NCBI GenBank assembly: GCA_002633005.1
Contig: NMRA01001026.1
Span: 1 to 35,384, forward strand
Direction of reading: 5' to 3'
DNA length: 35,384 nucleotides
DNA from: Phoronis australis
Taxonomy: Eukaryota > Animalia > Phoronida
The translations under genes and the position numbers were made by a program. The notes under the pieces were generated by a model that searched no databases, had not been told where the DNA came from, and saw only the letters and a list, made by a program, of their open reading frames with translations. Within the stretch, counting starts at the first letter, position 1; each line of letters starts with the position of its first letter. This document shows, in pieces, positions 1-12,540 of the stretch.

Positions 1-1
1 T

Positions 2-868
2 CGACGACTTAGACAATGGAATCTGGTAAAATGCACGTGTGAGGTCAGACACCACTATGTACTTCCACTGAGCTATCTTCCGCAACATAGAATCCACGTC
101 TGGCAGTAGTGATGGAGAAGGCTTGTTGTACCGACCAACATCGCTGAATGCAGTCACTAGGCGAAAGTCGCCATTAGGCTTTCGAACCAGGAATGAAGGG
201 TTCAAATACTCAACAGAAACGCCGACTGACTCTGGAGTAGCAAAAACATGAGCCTGCTCAAGCTCGTCAAATTTCTTTTGCAACTCAACTAACTTGTCGC
301 TGGAGTATTGCGGGACACGACCCTTTCGCTGGGGAGGTTGGACTGGTACCATATTCACGACTGCTTCGAAATTGCCGGCTGAACCATTGTAGCCAACAAT
401 GTCGGGGTCAAACACACTGTCGTACTCCTGCAGGATGTTCTTGAAAATAAGACGAGTCTCCTCACTGATAATGTTATCAGGATCAAGTTTAACTAAGTCA
501 CAGTGTAGTAGTGAAGAAGGAGGAGATGGATTCGTAGCTGTGGCGGTAGTGTTCACGGGGACAGGCTGGTGTTTATAAGGCAACGGGGTTGTCTCAAACA
601 CCTGAGCAACGTGGGTATGGCGTTTCACGATTTTCGGTTCGTTAGAGGTGTTGACGATACGAATTTTGTCTCCAACAGGTTCAACAACTTGAGGTTCAGG
701 CCAAAGTGGCATGGAGTGAGACGCTGAAGGTGCTGTCGTATGTGTCTGCAAGGCTAAAGTTGCATCGTGACCGAGTTCACTAGTTACATCTAGCTGAATA
801 CAGTCACCAGGATACACAATTGTAGAGACCTTGGGAGATCGTAAGACAAAAGACTGAACCCGACGGAC
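2..868 (-). pseudogene. Gypsy pol: protease-RT spacer and N-terminal half of reverse transcriptase (frame open to the window edge)
   Basis: Manual translation is open from 868 to 2: ...PPQRKGRVPQYSSDKLVELQKKFDELE...EYLNPSFLVRKPNGDFRLVTAFSDVGRYNKPSPSLLPDVDSMLRKIAQWKYIVVSDLTRAFYQIPLS (RT motif DLxxAFYQI). Missing from the ORF track because there is no stop inside the window. Confidence 0.9.
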
Positions 869-2216
869 GGTGTTGCCTGAGTTCTTTCCGTTGACTTGAC
901 CGTATGGGACTACCTCCATATCCCTGAATAGTGACTGTGTGTTTGGCAGGGCGAACTACAACGTCGTTTATCTCCATGAAGGGTGTGCCAGCTAATATGT
1001 CGACATCTAGCTCATCAACAACGACTGCGTCAAGATGAAGAGGTCTGTTGTTTCTTGAGAGAGAGATGTGAGTCTCACCAGTGACGTGTAGGGGAGTACG
1101 ACCGTCAGCCTGGTACGGCTTTCTATTGGTTTTCTGGATTGGCAAGTTGAGGTGCGTAGCAACTGAGGCTCTTACCATACTTGACTTGGCACCAGTATCC
1201 AAGGTAAGGACGACTGGGTGATGCTTATAAAATACTTTGAGCGCAGGAGATTGTTTGGCGCTTACGAAACAAGAAGAAACGACATCGGACATGTGATCAT
1301 CTTCCAAAAAATTCAGCATCATTGGCATCGGAGGAGTTGTCATCATCGTCGCAACAGTACATGAGGCGAGTTTTAGACAGGTAAGCCCTATCATCAGGGG
1401 GTAAAAAGGGGCACTTGGAAAGGTAGCGGTGAAAACCCTTACATGCGGCCTGTTTACATAAAGGGCATGAACGATCCTTCGCGCGTTGTTGTATTCTGAA
1501 TCTGGGATTCCTGGAACGCAGTACCTTTGCATCTACGGAAGACTGGATTTCATCGAGCAGGGAGTCTAAAGCAAGAGATACCTCTGGCTTTAGGGATGCA
1601 AGAGTCTTGTTCCGGAGCTCTGTCCCGTAACGCTGTTTAACGAGACCAGGAAGATCTTTATGTATCAACTGTAACCAAGTTAACACGATGAAGTTTTCCA
1701 ATGTGAGGGTCATGTCTTCGTCAACTACTGGAGCCTCACGTTGATGCGTAATGGTCGTGGTGAGAAGGTTATCCTCGACAAATGATTGGATACGCTGGCC
1801 GCTCGTCAGGTTCGAATCTTATCTTGGCAAAATCGAGAAATTGGGAGCCAGTTGAATGAAACTCGAAGTGTGCACGGATAGACTGCCAGACATTTTCAAT
1901 AGAAGTAGAGTTCTTGACGATGGTGTTCCGCGATATTACCGGGCAGTAATTGGCTATCTGGCCTAACATTAGCTCGAGATGGGACACTTTCTGCTGTGCT
2001 GTGCGCCGCTGGTCAGAGGGGACATCAGCACTGTCGTTAGTGAAGCCACGGAGTGGTGTAGTTTGTGACTTTTTCAACGATGTAGTGTTGACCAAAAAGG
2101 GAGCAAAGTTTTGGTCAAGTGATAGCGTGTATTTCATTTTTTTCTCCATGATTCAAAAGACGTGATAATCTCAAGTTTGGTCAACGACCATTGCTTGGAG
2201 CACGTAACGATGCCAT
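869..2216 (-). pseudogene. Gypsy gag-protease, frameshifted
   Basis: ATG at 2216 is followed by frameshifts near 2195 and 2140 and further breaks between the listed ORFs. Protease DTG motif at about 1190-1200. Confidence 0.85.
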
Positions 2217-2368
2217 GTTTCTCGTATCTTTCCTTTACAGTTACTTGAAACAGATATAGAATAACCTGTCTCGCTGCAGGATAATCGTTTCAAACAGTGA
2301 ATGTGTATACTAACTTTGTCAACCAACTCCGTGAATTGACGAAGAAGATCGGGGAATGGGTAAAAACT

Positions 2369-2385
2369 CCGCTGTCACCACGCCA
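2369..2385 (-). promoter_or_regulatory. Putative primer-binding site of the Gypsy element
   Basis: Minus strand reads TGGCGTGGTGACAGCGG (TGG-initiated) between the putative LTR and the gag leader. Confidence 0.55.
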
Positions 2386-2507
2386 GTAGACAAACAAACA
2401 TTAAAATGCAGCGAAATATGTAACTGTATTTAAAAGCAAACTCGTGACACAGAAGCGGAAGAAGTAGACGACTCGACAGGGGTCGAACAAACGTATGTGC
2501 CACAACA
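2386..2507 (-). repeat. Putative short 5' LTR (~120 bp)
   Basis: Begins TGTTGTGG on the minus strand at 2507 and ends next to the PBS. The second LTR lies outside the window, so it cannot be confirmed. Confidence 0.5.
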
Positions 2508-2569
2508 ATAATAAATTACTAAACTAATAACTGGCGCTGTTGTTTCTTTTACAAGAGAAAACTTGCAAC

Positions 2570-3400
2570 CTAACGCCCAAATACATGCATATAGGATGTG
2601 ATCCGCCATGTGAACAGTCTGGGTGAAGTATTTAAAAAATCTGTCGAAAAAAATGTAAGAAACTTAGGGATTCGAAGCGCATGGAATAAATACAAATTCG
2701 GTCTCGGTCGATACGCGGAATAATGTCTCGTGGGATATTACTTCATGTACGCCACTCTCGGTACGTTTTGTGTATATATTGCATTATTACATTCAACACA
2801 GCATGAAATTATAAAAAAAATAAGAGATCAAGCAATAAAACGCAAATGCAACTTGGGTTTTTATTCATTTATTCATGGTTACAGAAGCCTGTTAAAGGTG
2901 AGAAAAAAGTTCAAACAATACGACATTGGGTAATTTATTAAAACAGTTTCGAGGTCTACTGATCAGCTTTCGCCGAAAATGTCTCAAAGGGTTGCAGCGC
3001 TGTTTTGGCTGGCAAGGTGTTAACAGAGAATGAAGAAATACTGAAAAGAAAAAGAAAGACAGATGAGATAAATGGTGTCAAGAACAACAAAAGCAAAAAG
3101 GTCAACTAATGGTCACAGACAGGAAATGAGTAAGGTCACTCTAGAATATAACAACCGCGGATAGCGGAACATATTCAGCAAATTTGGATGGCTCGTGATT
3201 GTGCTGATTTAGATGCAGAAGATGAGGTCTGTTGTCCATGTCAGAAGTGGTCACCGCCAGAGCTTTGGCATTGCCCATCACTAGTTATAGTACTTTGGGA
3301 AGATGCAATTTTCCCAACTGCGACCACTGGGCGGATTATTTTGTTGCGCTGTTCATATTTTGAGGTGCCATGGTATTTTTGTCATTGTCACAAAGCCAAA
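2570..3400 (+). pseudogene. Decayed C-terminal part of a pogo/Tigger-like (DDE_1) transposase with PHD-like Cys finger
   Basis: Broken frames give GFEAHGI (cf. GFxxxGI), LAGKVLTENEEILKRKRK (basic NLS-like tract) and CCPCQKWSPP...WGRCNFPNCDHW. Confidence 0.5.
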
Positions 3401-3731
3401 GCCAGCATTCAGAACAGAATATATTACTGATTGTTGAAAACTTAGAATAGTAATTATTTTGGATAAAAATGTTAGATTGCTGTAAATGTATTGTTGATAT
3501 GTTATCTCTAATTTTCATGTTCTGGTTATTTTATTGTTTAAATTTAAAAAGTATTTATTTTTCAAAATTGAAATGAAATTCTGATCCAATTAAATCGATT
3601 TTATACCGGTAAAACAGTCTGTTGTGGAATTAGAATTTTTGAAATAACCACCGTCCACTATTTTCTTGGCCCTTTTCTGATTGTTTTTGTACTTAGGCGG
3701 GCAACCAGATTGGTTTCCCGAGTGTAATTGG

Positions 3732-4140
3732 TACGGGATTTTCCGCAGATAAGCACACCCGATGAAACGTCCAGGGGCGTTTATATGGTGTTACAACTTC
3801 TGGCGTCAAGCGTCCAGATATCGGGGGGGTTATTCGAAAAATTTCCTCTTAAAAGCCCACTCAGTGTCAACTTTTTATCTCAAATTCAGTTTTGTGGAAC
3901 ATTTATCATTTACAAAAACGAATAAGGTGTTGGCGAACTATGCATTTTTAACATAACATTTAAAAAACAGTTTCAAGTAAAAACTGTCAAAGTTGACTTT
4001 GAAGCAAAACTATTACTTTCCGTTTATAAGCCCCCTTTTCCAAATAAACGCTCGGGCGTTTATTTGGTGTTACTAAAACACCTGAAATTTTTCATTTTAC
4101 GAATACACGCCCAATGGATTATATACGGAAAATCCCAGTA
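3732..4140. mobile_element. Tc1/mariner-pogo-type MITE (~410 bp) with TA ends
   Basis: Left TACGGGATTTTCCGCAGATAA matches the reverse complement of the right end (TACTGGGATTTTCCGTATATAA). GGGCGTTTATWTGGTGTTAC is repeated internally. Confidence 0.8.
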
Positions 4141-5789
4141 GGGATATAGAGGCTGTAGAAAATGTCTCTTGAAATTTGTAGACGATGGATAAAAGTTACA
4201 ACAACAAAGGTCAAAAGTCAAAAATTCTTGTTCAGTGTGTTAGTAATAACCAAACGAAATTCCCTTTACATGTTTATGAAACTGCAAACGGTCTTACCGG
4301 TTTTATTTCGAATCTTTTTACCTTTCTCTAACAACGACGAATCAAATCGTCTGCCATCGTACAATCTCAGTTTTTGACCTAAAGACGTCATCAAATGACA
4401 CTAATTCTAACCAGCGAGCGAAATGAATGCTTTAGTTCACAGGCACACCGCTAGGTAAAAATGAAAATGGCGGAGTGACAAGCGAAAAGTAAAAAGTCGA
4501 ATTTTCAAGTGAATAAATTCAAAATTTGAAGAGAATTTTTTGTGAGCAGTTATCATTTATTATTATTTCTACAGATATATGTGTTCGCTCGATTGCCATT
4601 TCGACGTGTGCAGGCTAATATTTGACGTTCAATACCCCTTGTGCAAATCTATGTGCGCTTGCGCGAAATCTTAGTTCCGCTAGAGCATCATGGGATCGTT
4701 TGAGGTTACCGCGTGACCAAGTCTGCAGCTGTTGTTCCGTAAATTTGTGAGTCATGGAGAAAAAACTCACAGGGAACGATATTTTTGGTGCAAAACTGGA
4801 TGTGCCGAGTTTGATGTGTATGGCACTTGATTATACACCTTCACTGTGCGGACTTCTAACCCTGTTCAAGGGTTGGTTTATCGACTAGGTCCACGGGTGC
4901 ACAATATTGTTTAATTCCTTGGGTGAAATAAATGTTTCCCTTGACTGACTAGTGAAAGAAATTGTATTTGATGACGTTGCAAGGAAGTGAGTGTCTGTCT
5001 CGAATGCATTTGGAGCATCGGCACGTCCATCGGCTTCTGAAGAAAAGAGCTGGCCACGGCCACTTCTAATGACATTGAGTCTAGGTGGGCACTACACAAA
5101 GGTAAATGTAGCTCCATATTTGCTCGTGACGAGGAAGCGTTCTTGACGGAAAATCTGCAGCTGGACAAAGAACTGGTATCAAGAGTGCCCCTGCAGTCGT
5201 GGCTAAAGAAATGAGGTTAGCGAAGAATCGCGACGAGAAAATGCTTTAAATGAGGTGACGGGCTAAAGCCCAGACCAGTGGCTTCTTTTTCGGCTGCCTC
5301 CTCTAAAGCTGGCTGCGAGATGGGGGCTGCAATCGGTGAAGGGAACAATCGTAAGATTCTGTTTACACGAAGTTCTGGAAGATCTGGGTGTTGTATGTTC
5401 ATACAGTTTGATTTGTTCAGTACTTTGTGTCGTCACATGATTTTATTCTGCAGTGAAAAGAAAGGAAAACGGGAAAATATTTATGCTTTTAATCGTTGTT
5501 ACCATAAGGGTTTAAATTTACAGATGCACCATTATCGCTCAAGCCAAAGGGATGACCTTCAGATACCTACAAAATACTCATCAAATAATTACTTGGCACA
5601 CAGCACGGTTTACAGAGTCTAAAAATGCCATTTATACATATTTGAGAAAGACCAAGGTCTGACGTCACTGGATCTAAAAATTATATCCTCCATTATTTTT
5701 ACTTATTACGATCTCTCGCTATAACATCTCACAATATCACCAACCTCTGAAGCAAGGGTTACTGTTCTGTGAAGGATGCCCTAACTGCA

Positions 5790-6120
5790 CATGTTTGAAT
5801 GCAGCAATAAGGGACATTACCTGGATGCTCATGTTCAAATAAATGGAGGTAGAAAATTTAAAACAAGGGTACAAATTTTACCTTCATACTACTTATATGA
5901 GAATTATCTAACAAATGCTGCTTTTTGGATGCACACTTATCCAAAAACCCAATGGCAAAAAATGGTTTATACAGTCAGGATTCTTTCCGTGTGGCCGCTC
6001 AAGCAGACAATTGCCAACAGTTTTTTAGGCTAAAATGTATTGCCGCTGAACTAACTACACAACTCCTAGAAAAAACCAAAATACGAGTCGATTTCATAAC
6101 CCATACCCAAGCCTGTTGAA
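5790..6120 (+). pseudogene. Possible decayed CxC-type domain of a KDZ/Zisupton-like transposase
   Basis: Frameshifted pieces VQINGGR, CCF, QSGFFP/WPLKQTIA and ELTTQLLE resemble the GxFPxxPxxxxxAF..EL motif of CxC domains. Weak, by eye only. Confidence 0.3.
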
Positions 6121-6223
6121 AGGTAAAAGTTATATGTTATCTAGTTAATGCCACATTCTGATATGGTGTAGTTTAGGAACAGATCTGAGTAACACTGTGT
6201 TATACACACACACCTCGCTGTAT

Positions 6224-6350
6224 GGGAGCGTTCACATACTACGTCACCCAAAATTTGTCACTTTTTACCTCCCTTCCCTCTCTTTCATCACCTGTCATTA
6301 TGATATAACCCCCACATCCAGCCTATCATCACACCCAGCCCCCCCGTTTT
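6224..6350 (+). mobile_element. Left end of a MITE (GGGAGCGTTCAC terminus, PIF/Harbinger-like)
   Basis: GGGAGCGTTCACATACTACGTCA followed by C-rich tracts. An inverted match lies at 10752-10772. Confidence 0.6.
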
Positions 6351-6548
6351 AGAAGAACCGACAGTTCATTGGAGATTCTGTCTTTGTGATTCTAATGGCA
6401 AACTGACGTCGCCTTATAATCGTAAGTTCCACTTGCCGCTGTTGCATTCAGCAATGAAATAAAGTACGCCATTCTCACTTTCAAACCAAACATAGTGAAT
6501 ATTTTCATTTCTAATTATGCCAGAACAGTGTTTTATTAAAGGCTGCCT

Positions 6549-7120
6549 TTTTATTCCCCTACATTATTTATATGGCTGTCATCTCCGTCCGGCGTTCTCT
6601 GCTGTATCTTGTAAATGCCTTGGGGTATCTTAGATTTGGCAGATGTGTATCTATTAAGCAGAGGACGACGAATTTTGGGCGGATCCGACTACCGCTCTTC
6701 GCCCTAGTGGAAATTTTATGTTTTTTATGTTTGCCTCTGTATCATTTGAGCTTCTTTGTGGATTTTCATGAACATTGGCAAATATGTTTCTATTAAGCAA
6801 GCGTTGGCGCCTTCCAATATTTGGATGGACTTCGTGTATTTTGCGCCACCTTGGTGGCCATTTTAATTTTTATAGTACGTTTTGTCGTTAGCCTCTCTAT
6901 CCAATAATTCAAAGGATCATGATGAGCATTGATAGATTTGTTCCTGATGAGAAGACCGCAAATGACGTTGATTTTTCGAACGTGTTTGTAGCTCTGGCGT
7001 CCCCTAGTAGCAATTTTGTTTTTTTTTGCGTCTACAGCAGCATCTAAATAATCACTTTTGAAATTTGGCAGATGTGTTCCCATGGAGGTGGCAACAGATG
7101 TCAACAAGTGCTTGTATCCG
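6549..7120 (+). mobile_element. Diverged, truncated HINE (Helentron/DINE-1-like) copy, inverted relative to the copies at 12541 and 20915
   Basis: Reverse complement contains the same subunits (GGCCACCAAGGTGGCGCAAA, CCACTAGGGCG..GTAGTCGGATCCGCCCAAAA) and the terminal block GCCGGACGGAGATGAC..CATATAAATA..ATAAAAA seen at 22570-22661. Confidence 0.8.
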
Positions 7121-7470
7121 AGGGGTCCCCAAGTCCAGATCTTATCTTTCTCCAGTAACTCTGTCACAGGGCGAAGATTGGACGACAAGATATCTACCAA
7201 GAATGTTCACCATTTCAATGATACGGCGCAACTCTGTGGCATTGTTTGACTCAGGAAGGTTCCTTATGGCTTTGACTTTGTCATTGTTAAGTTACATGCC
7301 ATCCCCAGAAATACTATGTCCGAGGAAATCGATGGTAGATTTACTGAACTATGAGTTCTCCTTGTTCCATTTCAGACTGACTTCTTTCAGTCTGGCCAAT
7401 ACAGTTAATTGAGATGATCATCGTGTTCTCTGGCACTGTTACTATATATCAGAATATCATCGAAGAACCG
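7121..7470 (-). pseudogene. Gypsy RT fragment (catalytic DD to thumb), with stops
   Basis: FFDDILIYSNSAREHDDHL..VLARLKEVSLKWNKE..IDFLGHSISGDG..DKVKAIRNLP..TELRR..LRPVTELLEKDKIWTWGP. Confidence 0.85.
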
Positions 7471-7589
7471 CTTGACTTGGAGTATTTCTGTTCGTTTGTT
7501 AATTAACCGACTGCTATTTGGAATCCTATTTCAATGGACTTTACTCAAGGTTTTTGACGTCATTGACCCAGTATACTCCAAAATACGCA

Positions 7590-8130
7590 AAATTTGCTCA
7601 GTGCTCAGTTCCAAATAATTTTCAATAGCTTAAAAGACAAATCTCTGTTTTTATTGCATCTGTTCGCAGGAAACGTGGGGGACCTAGGAAGACAATTACT
7701 GTCTGTAGAACCTAAATGTTGTCATCGACGCTCAAAATGAAGCTAAAGATGACTGGTCTAAATACGGCGGTCTTGCAATTTATGTTCGTAATAATTTCAA
7801 TTTAACGAAAATTTACGTTTTGAAAAATAAATTAATATCTGCAGGTCTAATAATATATCATTGAAAATGGACAGTGGCAAATTTGTGTCCATTTCGAATA
7901 TGTGTAGAACACAGTACAATCATTTGTTAATAATATTGTTCCTTTTGTTTCAAATTTTATTGATAATAATCAAGAAATAGCACTATTGTTCTTCAAATTT
8001 CTAGCAATTGAAAGTTTTGCAATTTCTTAGACCACATTTATTCAGCGAAGTCCTCGGTATAAAACTACATTTTTCTTAACATGTTATAAGCAACCGTGCG
8101 TAGTGATTGATCACATTTACACACACTTTC
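7590..8130 (+). pseudogene. APE-type endonuclease remnant of a CR1/L2-like LINE
   Basis: CICSQETW (~7655), YGGLAIYVRNN (~7763) and VIDHIYT (8103) occur in the canonical APE motif order, in broken frames. Confidence 0.7.
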
Positions 8131-8945
8131 CTCTCTTTGTAGGCACCAAGGCTCTACTTTAGACGGGATGTTATTTTGATATAAATGATCTACAAACTTC
8201 TTATAGACTCAATTCACGTGGCGGACATTAAAGTCCAAAGCGAGGCTCAATGCGATAAACAATGCGGAAATTTACATTGCGTGAGTTAAATGGCCGGTCT
8301 TTGGAGTCCAACCTGAATATTAAATCTTAAAAATGTGTCAATAATTAACCACAGAGACGTATAAAAATACAGTTAAAGAACAAGTCAATGCACCAAAGAG
8401 TTGTCTGACGAAAGGATATAAGATTTTTTCCGGAAAACTAGGTTCGAAACAAGAAAAGTAAACATGACCAAATTGCGGCGATCGTAGTGTTACGGATTAG
8501 GTATCATACTGAATGCAGGGTTACATTTCTTCTAATAAATTCTTGATAAAAATGCTTCCTACACGAACCAGGTCATCTGGTCGTATTGTTGAAGATAGAT
8601 GATCAAGAGTAGGCCTATTATCTTCAAGCATAGCCTAGGTCCTGGTGAGGTAGGCACTACCGGGACTAACAGTTGATTTGTCATTGATCTGAAATAATAC
8701 TTGATGTTATTAAATATATATTTTGATTCGATAAAAAACCAGACTCGCAATGCATTGAAAATAAAAATTACTACATGTATATGACCATCAATTTTGCTTT
8801 CTTGGTTTTAATAATTACGTCTATTTCATGTGTTATATTTTTTAAATATCAATCTCGACCACGTCTTCAAAGTTAAAACACCTAATTCTTTCGTCCAAAG
8901 CATAACCTCGTTTTAGAGCTCAATTTCAGTTAACTGGACAGAACA

Positions 8946-9198
8946 CAGAAGCGGATTTAGAGGGGAGCCAATTGTATGCACGCAGGCGGCCCGGAAGTTG
9001 GAGGCGCCGAGGATGTATAACTTCTGCCCAGGAAATCTGTCGTTGGACTAAAAAAAAAACAGAAAGTGTTTTTCTCCCTCGTCCGTTACCGGTCCTAGCT
9101 CGAACTTAGTATTGGCCTCCCGCTTCACGTTTTGCTGGTTTATTTTGCTTGCGGCAGTTAAGGGGGGGGGGGTCCTGCCCCCCCTAAATCTGCCTATG
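8946..9198. mobile_element. Short non-autonomous TIR element (CA-AGGCGGATTTAG family, hAT-like)
   Basis: CAGAAGCGGATTTAGAGGGG vs the reverse complement of the right end, CATAGGCAGATTTAGGGGG. No TSD is visible. Confidence 0.55.
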
Positions 9199-9727
9199 GT
9201 TTTGTGATTTTTCAAATTGTCACCTCTGTGGTCACAGGTGATTTGAACCGTTGGAGAGAAATTTTCAATCACTAATTAAATTTTTAGGCCTCGTGTGGCC
9301 GGCAATTTCGCGTGATTTTTCAATATTTTTGAGAGGAAAACGGCCGATATTTGGCCCCAAAATTGAGGGATTGAGGGCCCTGTCCTTTTTGTAAAGAAAA
9401 ATGCATAGCCCTTCAACCCATAGTCATGAAAACACAGCCTGGCTGACCGAAGATTCTACGGTCCTCGTTGCTACGGCGGCACCCGAGATGCAACAAATTA
9501 TGAATCGAAAAAAGTTATAAATTTTACACGGACATATTTTCCTTCGTCGCGGCGCGTGGCATGGACCCAACGCTTCCGAATCCCAACGTCCTTAGGGATG
9601 ATAAACAGACAGTTGAGTGTCCGTATTTTTTCTAGCTGTTCGAGCAACGCGGAGTACAACTACGCGGATAAGCCACCAGAGCTATCATAGCGAGCCTCAT
9701 TTTGGAACGAGCCTCCTGTCGGCCCCT

Positions 9728-10295
9728 NNNNNNNNNNNNNNNNNNNNNNNNNNNNNNNNNNNNNNNNNNNNNNNNNNNNNNNNNNNNNNNNNNNNNNNNN
9801 NNNNNNNNNNNNNNNNNNNNNNNNNNNNNNNNNNNNNNNNNNNNNNNNNNNNNNNNNNNNNNNNNNNNNNNNNNNNNNNNNNNNNNNNNNNNNNNNNNNN
9901 NNNNNNNNNNNNNNNNNNNNNNNNNNNNNNNNNNNNNNNNNNNNNNNNNNNNNNNNNNNNNNNNNNNNNNNNNNNNNNNNNNNNNNNNNNNNNNNNNNNN
10001 NNNNNNNNNNNNNNNNNNNNNNNNNNNNNNNNNNNNNNNNNNNNNNNNNNNNNNNNNNNNNNNNNNNNNNNNNNNNNNNNNNNNNNNNNNNNNNNNNNNN
10101 NNNNNNNNNNNNNNNNNNNNNNNNNNNNNNNNNNNNNNNNNNNNNNNNNNNNNNNNNNNNNNNNNNNNNNNNNNNNNNNNNNNNNNNNNNNNNNNNNNNN
10201 NNNNNNNNNNNNNNNNNNNNNNNNNNNNNNNNNNNNNNNNNNNNNNNNNNNNNNNNNNNNNNNNNNNNNNNNNNNNNNNNNNNNNNNNNNNNNNN
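9728..10295. other. Assembly gap
   Basis: Run of N. The right flank GGCAATTTCACATTTTTACGTTTGCCTC is an inverted HINE subunit piece. Confidence 1.
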
Positions 10296-10649
10296 TATGG
10301 CAATTTCACATTTTTACGTTTGCCTCAGTCTGGTATTGTAGTTACTGGTGGTTTCTGTTAAGGAGGAAACAATGCTTTTTCACTGTCCCATCTCATGGAA
10401 AATATAGCCACACCTGTCGCTGGACATCCTGCGCTTTGTCACTTTGACGATTGTCAGAGATAGGCAGTGATGGAGTGGGGCTGTCGTTTGTCTGTGTAAA
10501 TGTTTATAAGGTAAGCCTCGTGAAATATCGTCAAATCTTGGAAGCGTGCAACGACAGGTCCTAGTTTTGGAATTAGTTAATTCTTACCGTCGTTTGATAG
10601 AAGGTTGACCAGTTTTCCAGCGATGTATATTGTGATGGAGATATTCTAA

Positions 10650-10772
10650 TAAACCAGATAATGACGTAACCATGAGTTTAAGCCCCCCCCCCCACATCCC
10701 TTATCATCAATCGTCATCTTTTCCAAACCCCCCTCCTCCTCGAATGATGGATGACGTGAGGTGAACGCTCCC
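10650..10772 (-). mobile_element. Right end of the GGGAGCGTTCAC MITE family
   Basis: C-rich tracts then TGACGTGAGGTGAACGCTCCC, an inverted match to 6224. Confidence 0.6.
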
Positions 10773-10869
10773 TCACCAATGTGATTTTTAAAAAAAGGAA
10801 CTGTAGAAGTTATCAGCCACCTATGCACTGTGATTTAGTTTGAAGTCTTTACCTACAAAACGACACCAA

Positions 10870-11650
10870 CTCCGTCCCAGAGGATTGCATATTAATGGCG
10901 CTGGGACGATATCGGGCTATGTTTGATTCCTGGAAAAAGACACCGTTCAGGCATTTCCCATGACGAGAGCTTCTAATATTTACCGTTAGAGGTCACCTGT
11001 GTGTGCCCCAAACAGAGACGATCGATGCAGTTGCAAGCACCGAAGACAGAAAAGTCTACTAAGTTATTAGAAAGTAGGCATCCAGAGACTAGTCACGAGT
11101 TTCATGCTGTCACTTTCCTCTTCATTCAGCTTTCTGGAAATATAACTGTAGCAACATAAGTTAGTTGTAAAAAATTTCAGTGACTCCGGAACTTCAATCC
11201 AGATTACAAGTGTGATAGCCGAGCGTATAAACTGTTTAGCCAAGAGGCAACTGCCAGTTGGCAAGCGATTCAGAGGCTTTATCTGGCTTTACGCCAAACC
11301 CGGAAGTCATGTGTCACAACACTTCTTTCTCTTCTGCGGATCAAGCGTGCTGCCTTCCTCCTGAGGTTGGCCACGTCTCGGTCTGATCTGCAGGTGCTGG
11401 AGTGTTACTGCGGACTGCTCCGAGAGTAGAACTGATCAGAAATGTGTAACATTCTTGATCCGCTAGGTGACTTTTAGCGCTATGATCCTAATCAATCATA
11501 TGAAGGCATAGTTAGGTCCAAGGTCACGTACACTGCCCCTGGCAACCTGTGTGAGCTCGAAGTCAGTGTTGTCCCCAAAGCAATATTGGGCAAGATTACA
11601 ATAAATCATGAGTAACTGGAATTTCTGGAATTCTACAGTATGAGAGTGTT
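10870..11650 (-). pseudogene. Possible highly decayed DIRS-like RT/RNase H
   Basis: Faint motifs in the expected order (FIVILP, HLQIRP, DAY, CIDRLCL, IARYRPSAIN) with many stops and frameshifts. Confidence 0.22.
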
Positions 11651-12246
11651 GGCTGGATCCGTTGTGCTGCGAAAGTAAAGGCTATAAAAGGAAAGGCTAT
11701 GAAAGCTGGACCAACAAACAGGTAATGGTGTGGTTGTACGATTTATTTTGCCTTGTTATAACAGTACATTTGTAAATAGATGGCGCCACCGGCGCAATAG
11801 TACAGGGTGATTCTTCTGAAACAGCCTCCAAATAAAAGTTTTTCGATTAGGACTGGAACTTTAAATTTTGCCGACTGTCATTTTTGTACTGCGCTTATGT
11901 TGATGTTGAGCATTTTTAATTGCTTGCGCTTTTAGCGGCGTCGCAGCGTTTTTCCCCGACGCTCGTTGTATTCCTTAGTCCAATGGCGCACAAGGAGACT
12001 CGACAGTGTGGTGTATGTAAATTAAGATAGCTTAGTTGAGTTGACAGGACAGTCCAATTGAGACGATTAAAGTGTGACTAGTGGGAATTCAAGTACTTTT
12101 ACAGTAAGTGCTAGAAATGCCCCCATCAGCATCTGAGCACGATGCGCCTATCCAAACTGAAAAACGCACTGTCGAAAGAACTGATGAAGTAGCGTTGATT
12201 AATCTTTTTGTAGCGCATACTGCACCGTTTGTTCGCAATATAAGAA

Positions 12247-12433
12247 TACACCTTATTCACGCAGACGCCATTTTAGTTGTGACCTTCTTTTAGGTTAAAA
12301 CGACAATTGAATTTGAGACAGAAATATAACGAGCCATGTGAAAAAATCACGCTTTGGGCCGTGATTAAGCGCAGTATACATTTTTTTAAACCCAGGACCC
12401 AATTTTAAATGGCGACTGCGTGAATAAGGTGTA
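12247..12433. mobile_element. 187-bp MITE with 27-bp TIRs
   Basis: TACACCTTATTCACGCAGACGCCATTT vs the reverse complement of the right end, TACACCTTATTCACGCAGTCGCCATTT (one mismatch). No TSD found. Confidence 0.85.
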
Positions 12434-12540
12434 TGTAGGTTGATGCAAAGTTTCGGGTCCCCAGCTCAAGTAGAAAAGGCTATTAGCCAAAGTTTGGGTT
12501 CGTTTCGGGAGACTCGCTATGTCACTGCACATGAATTAAC

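Larger units (their letters stand above)
1..2507 (-). mobile_element. Ty3/Gypsy LTR retrotransposon, 5' part (LTR-PBS-gag-protease-RT), degenerate, runs off the window start
   Basis: Minus-strand order gag ([31 protein letters not shown]), Cys/His knuckle (CPLCKQAACKGFHRYLSKC), aspartic protease (LTLDTGA), then RT. Several frameshifts split gag-pro into ORFs 1769-2149, 1297-1713 and 804-1532. Confidence 0.93.
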
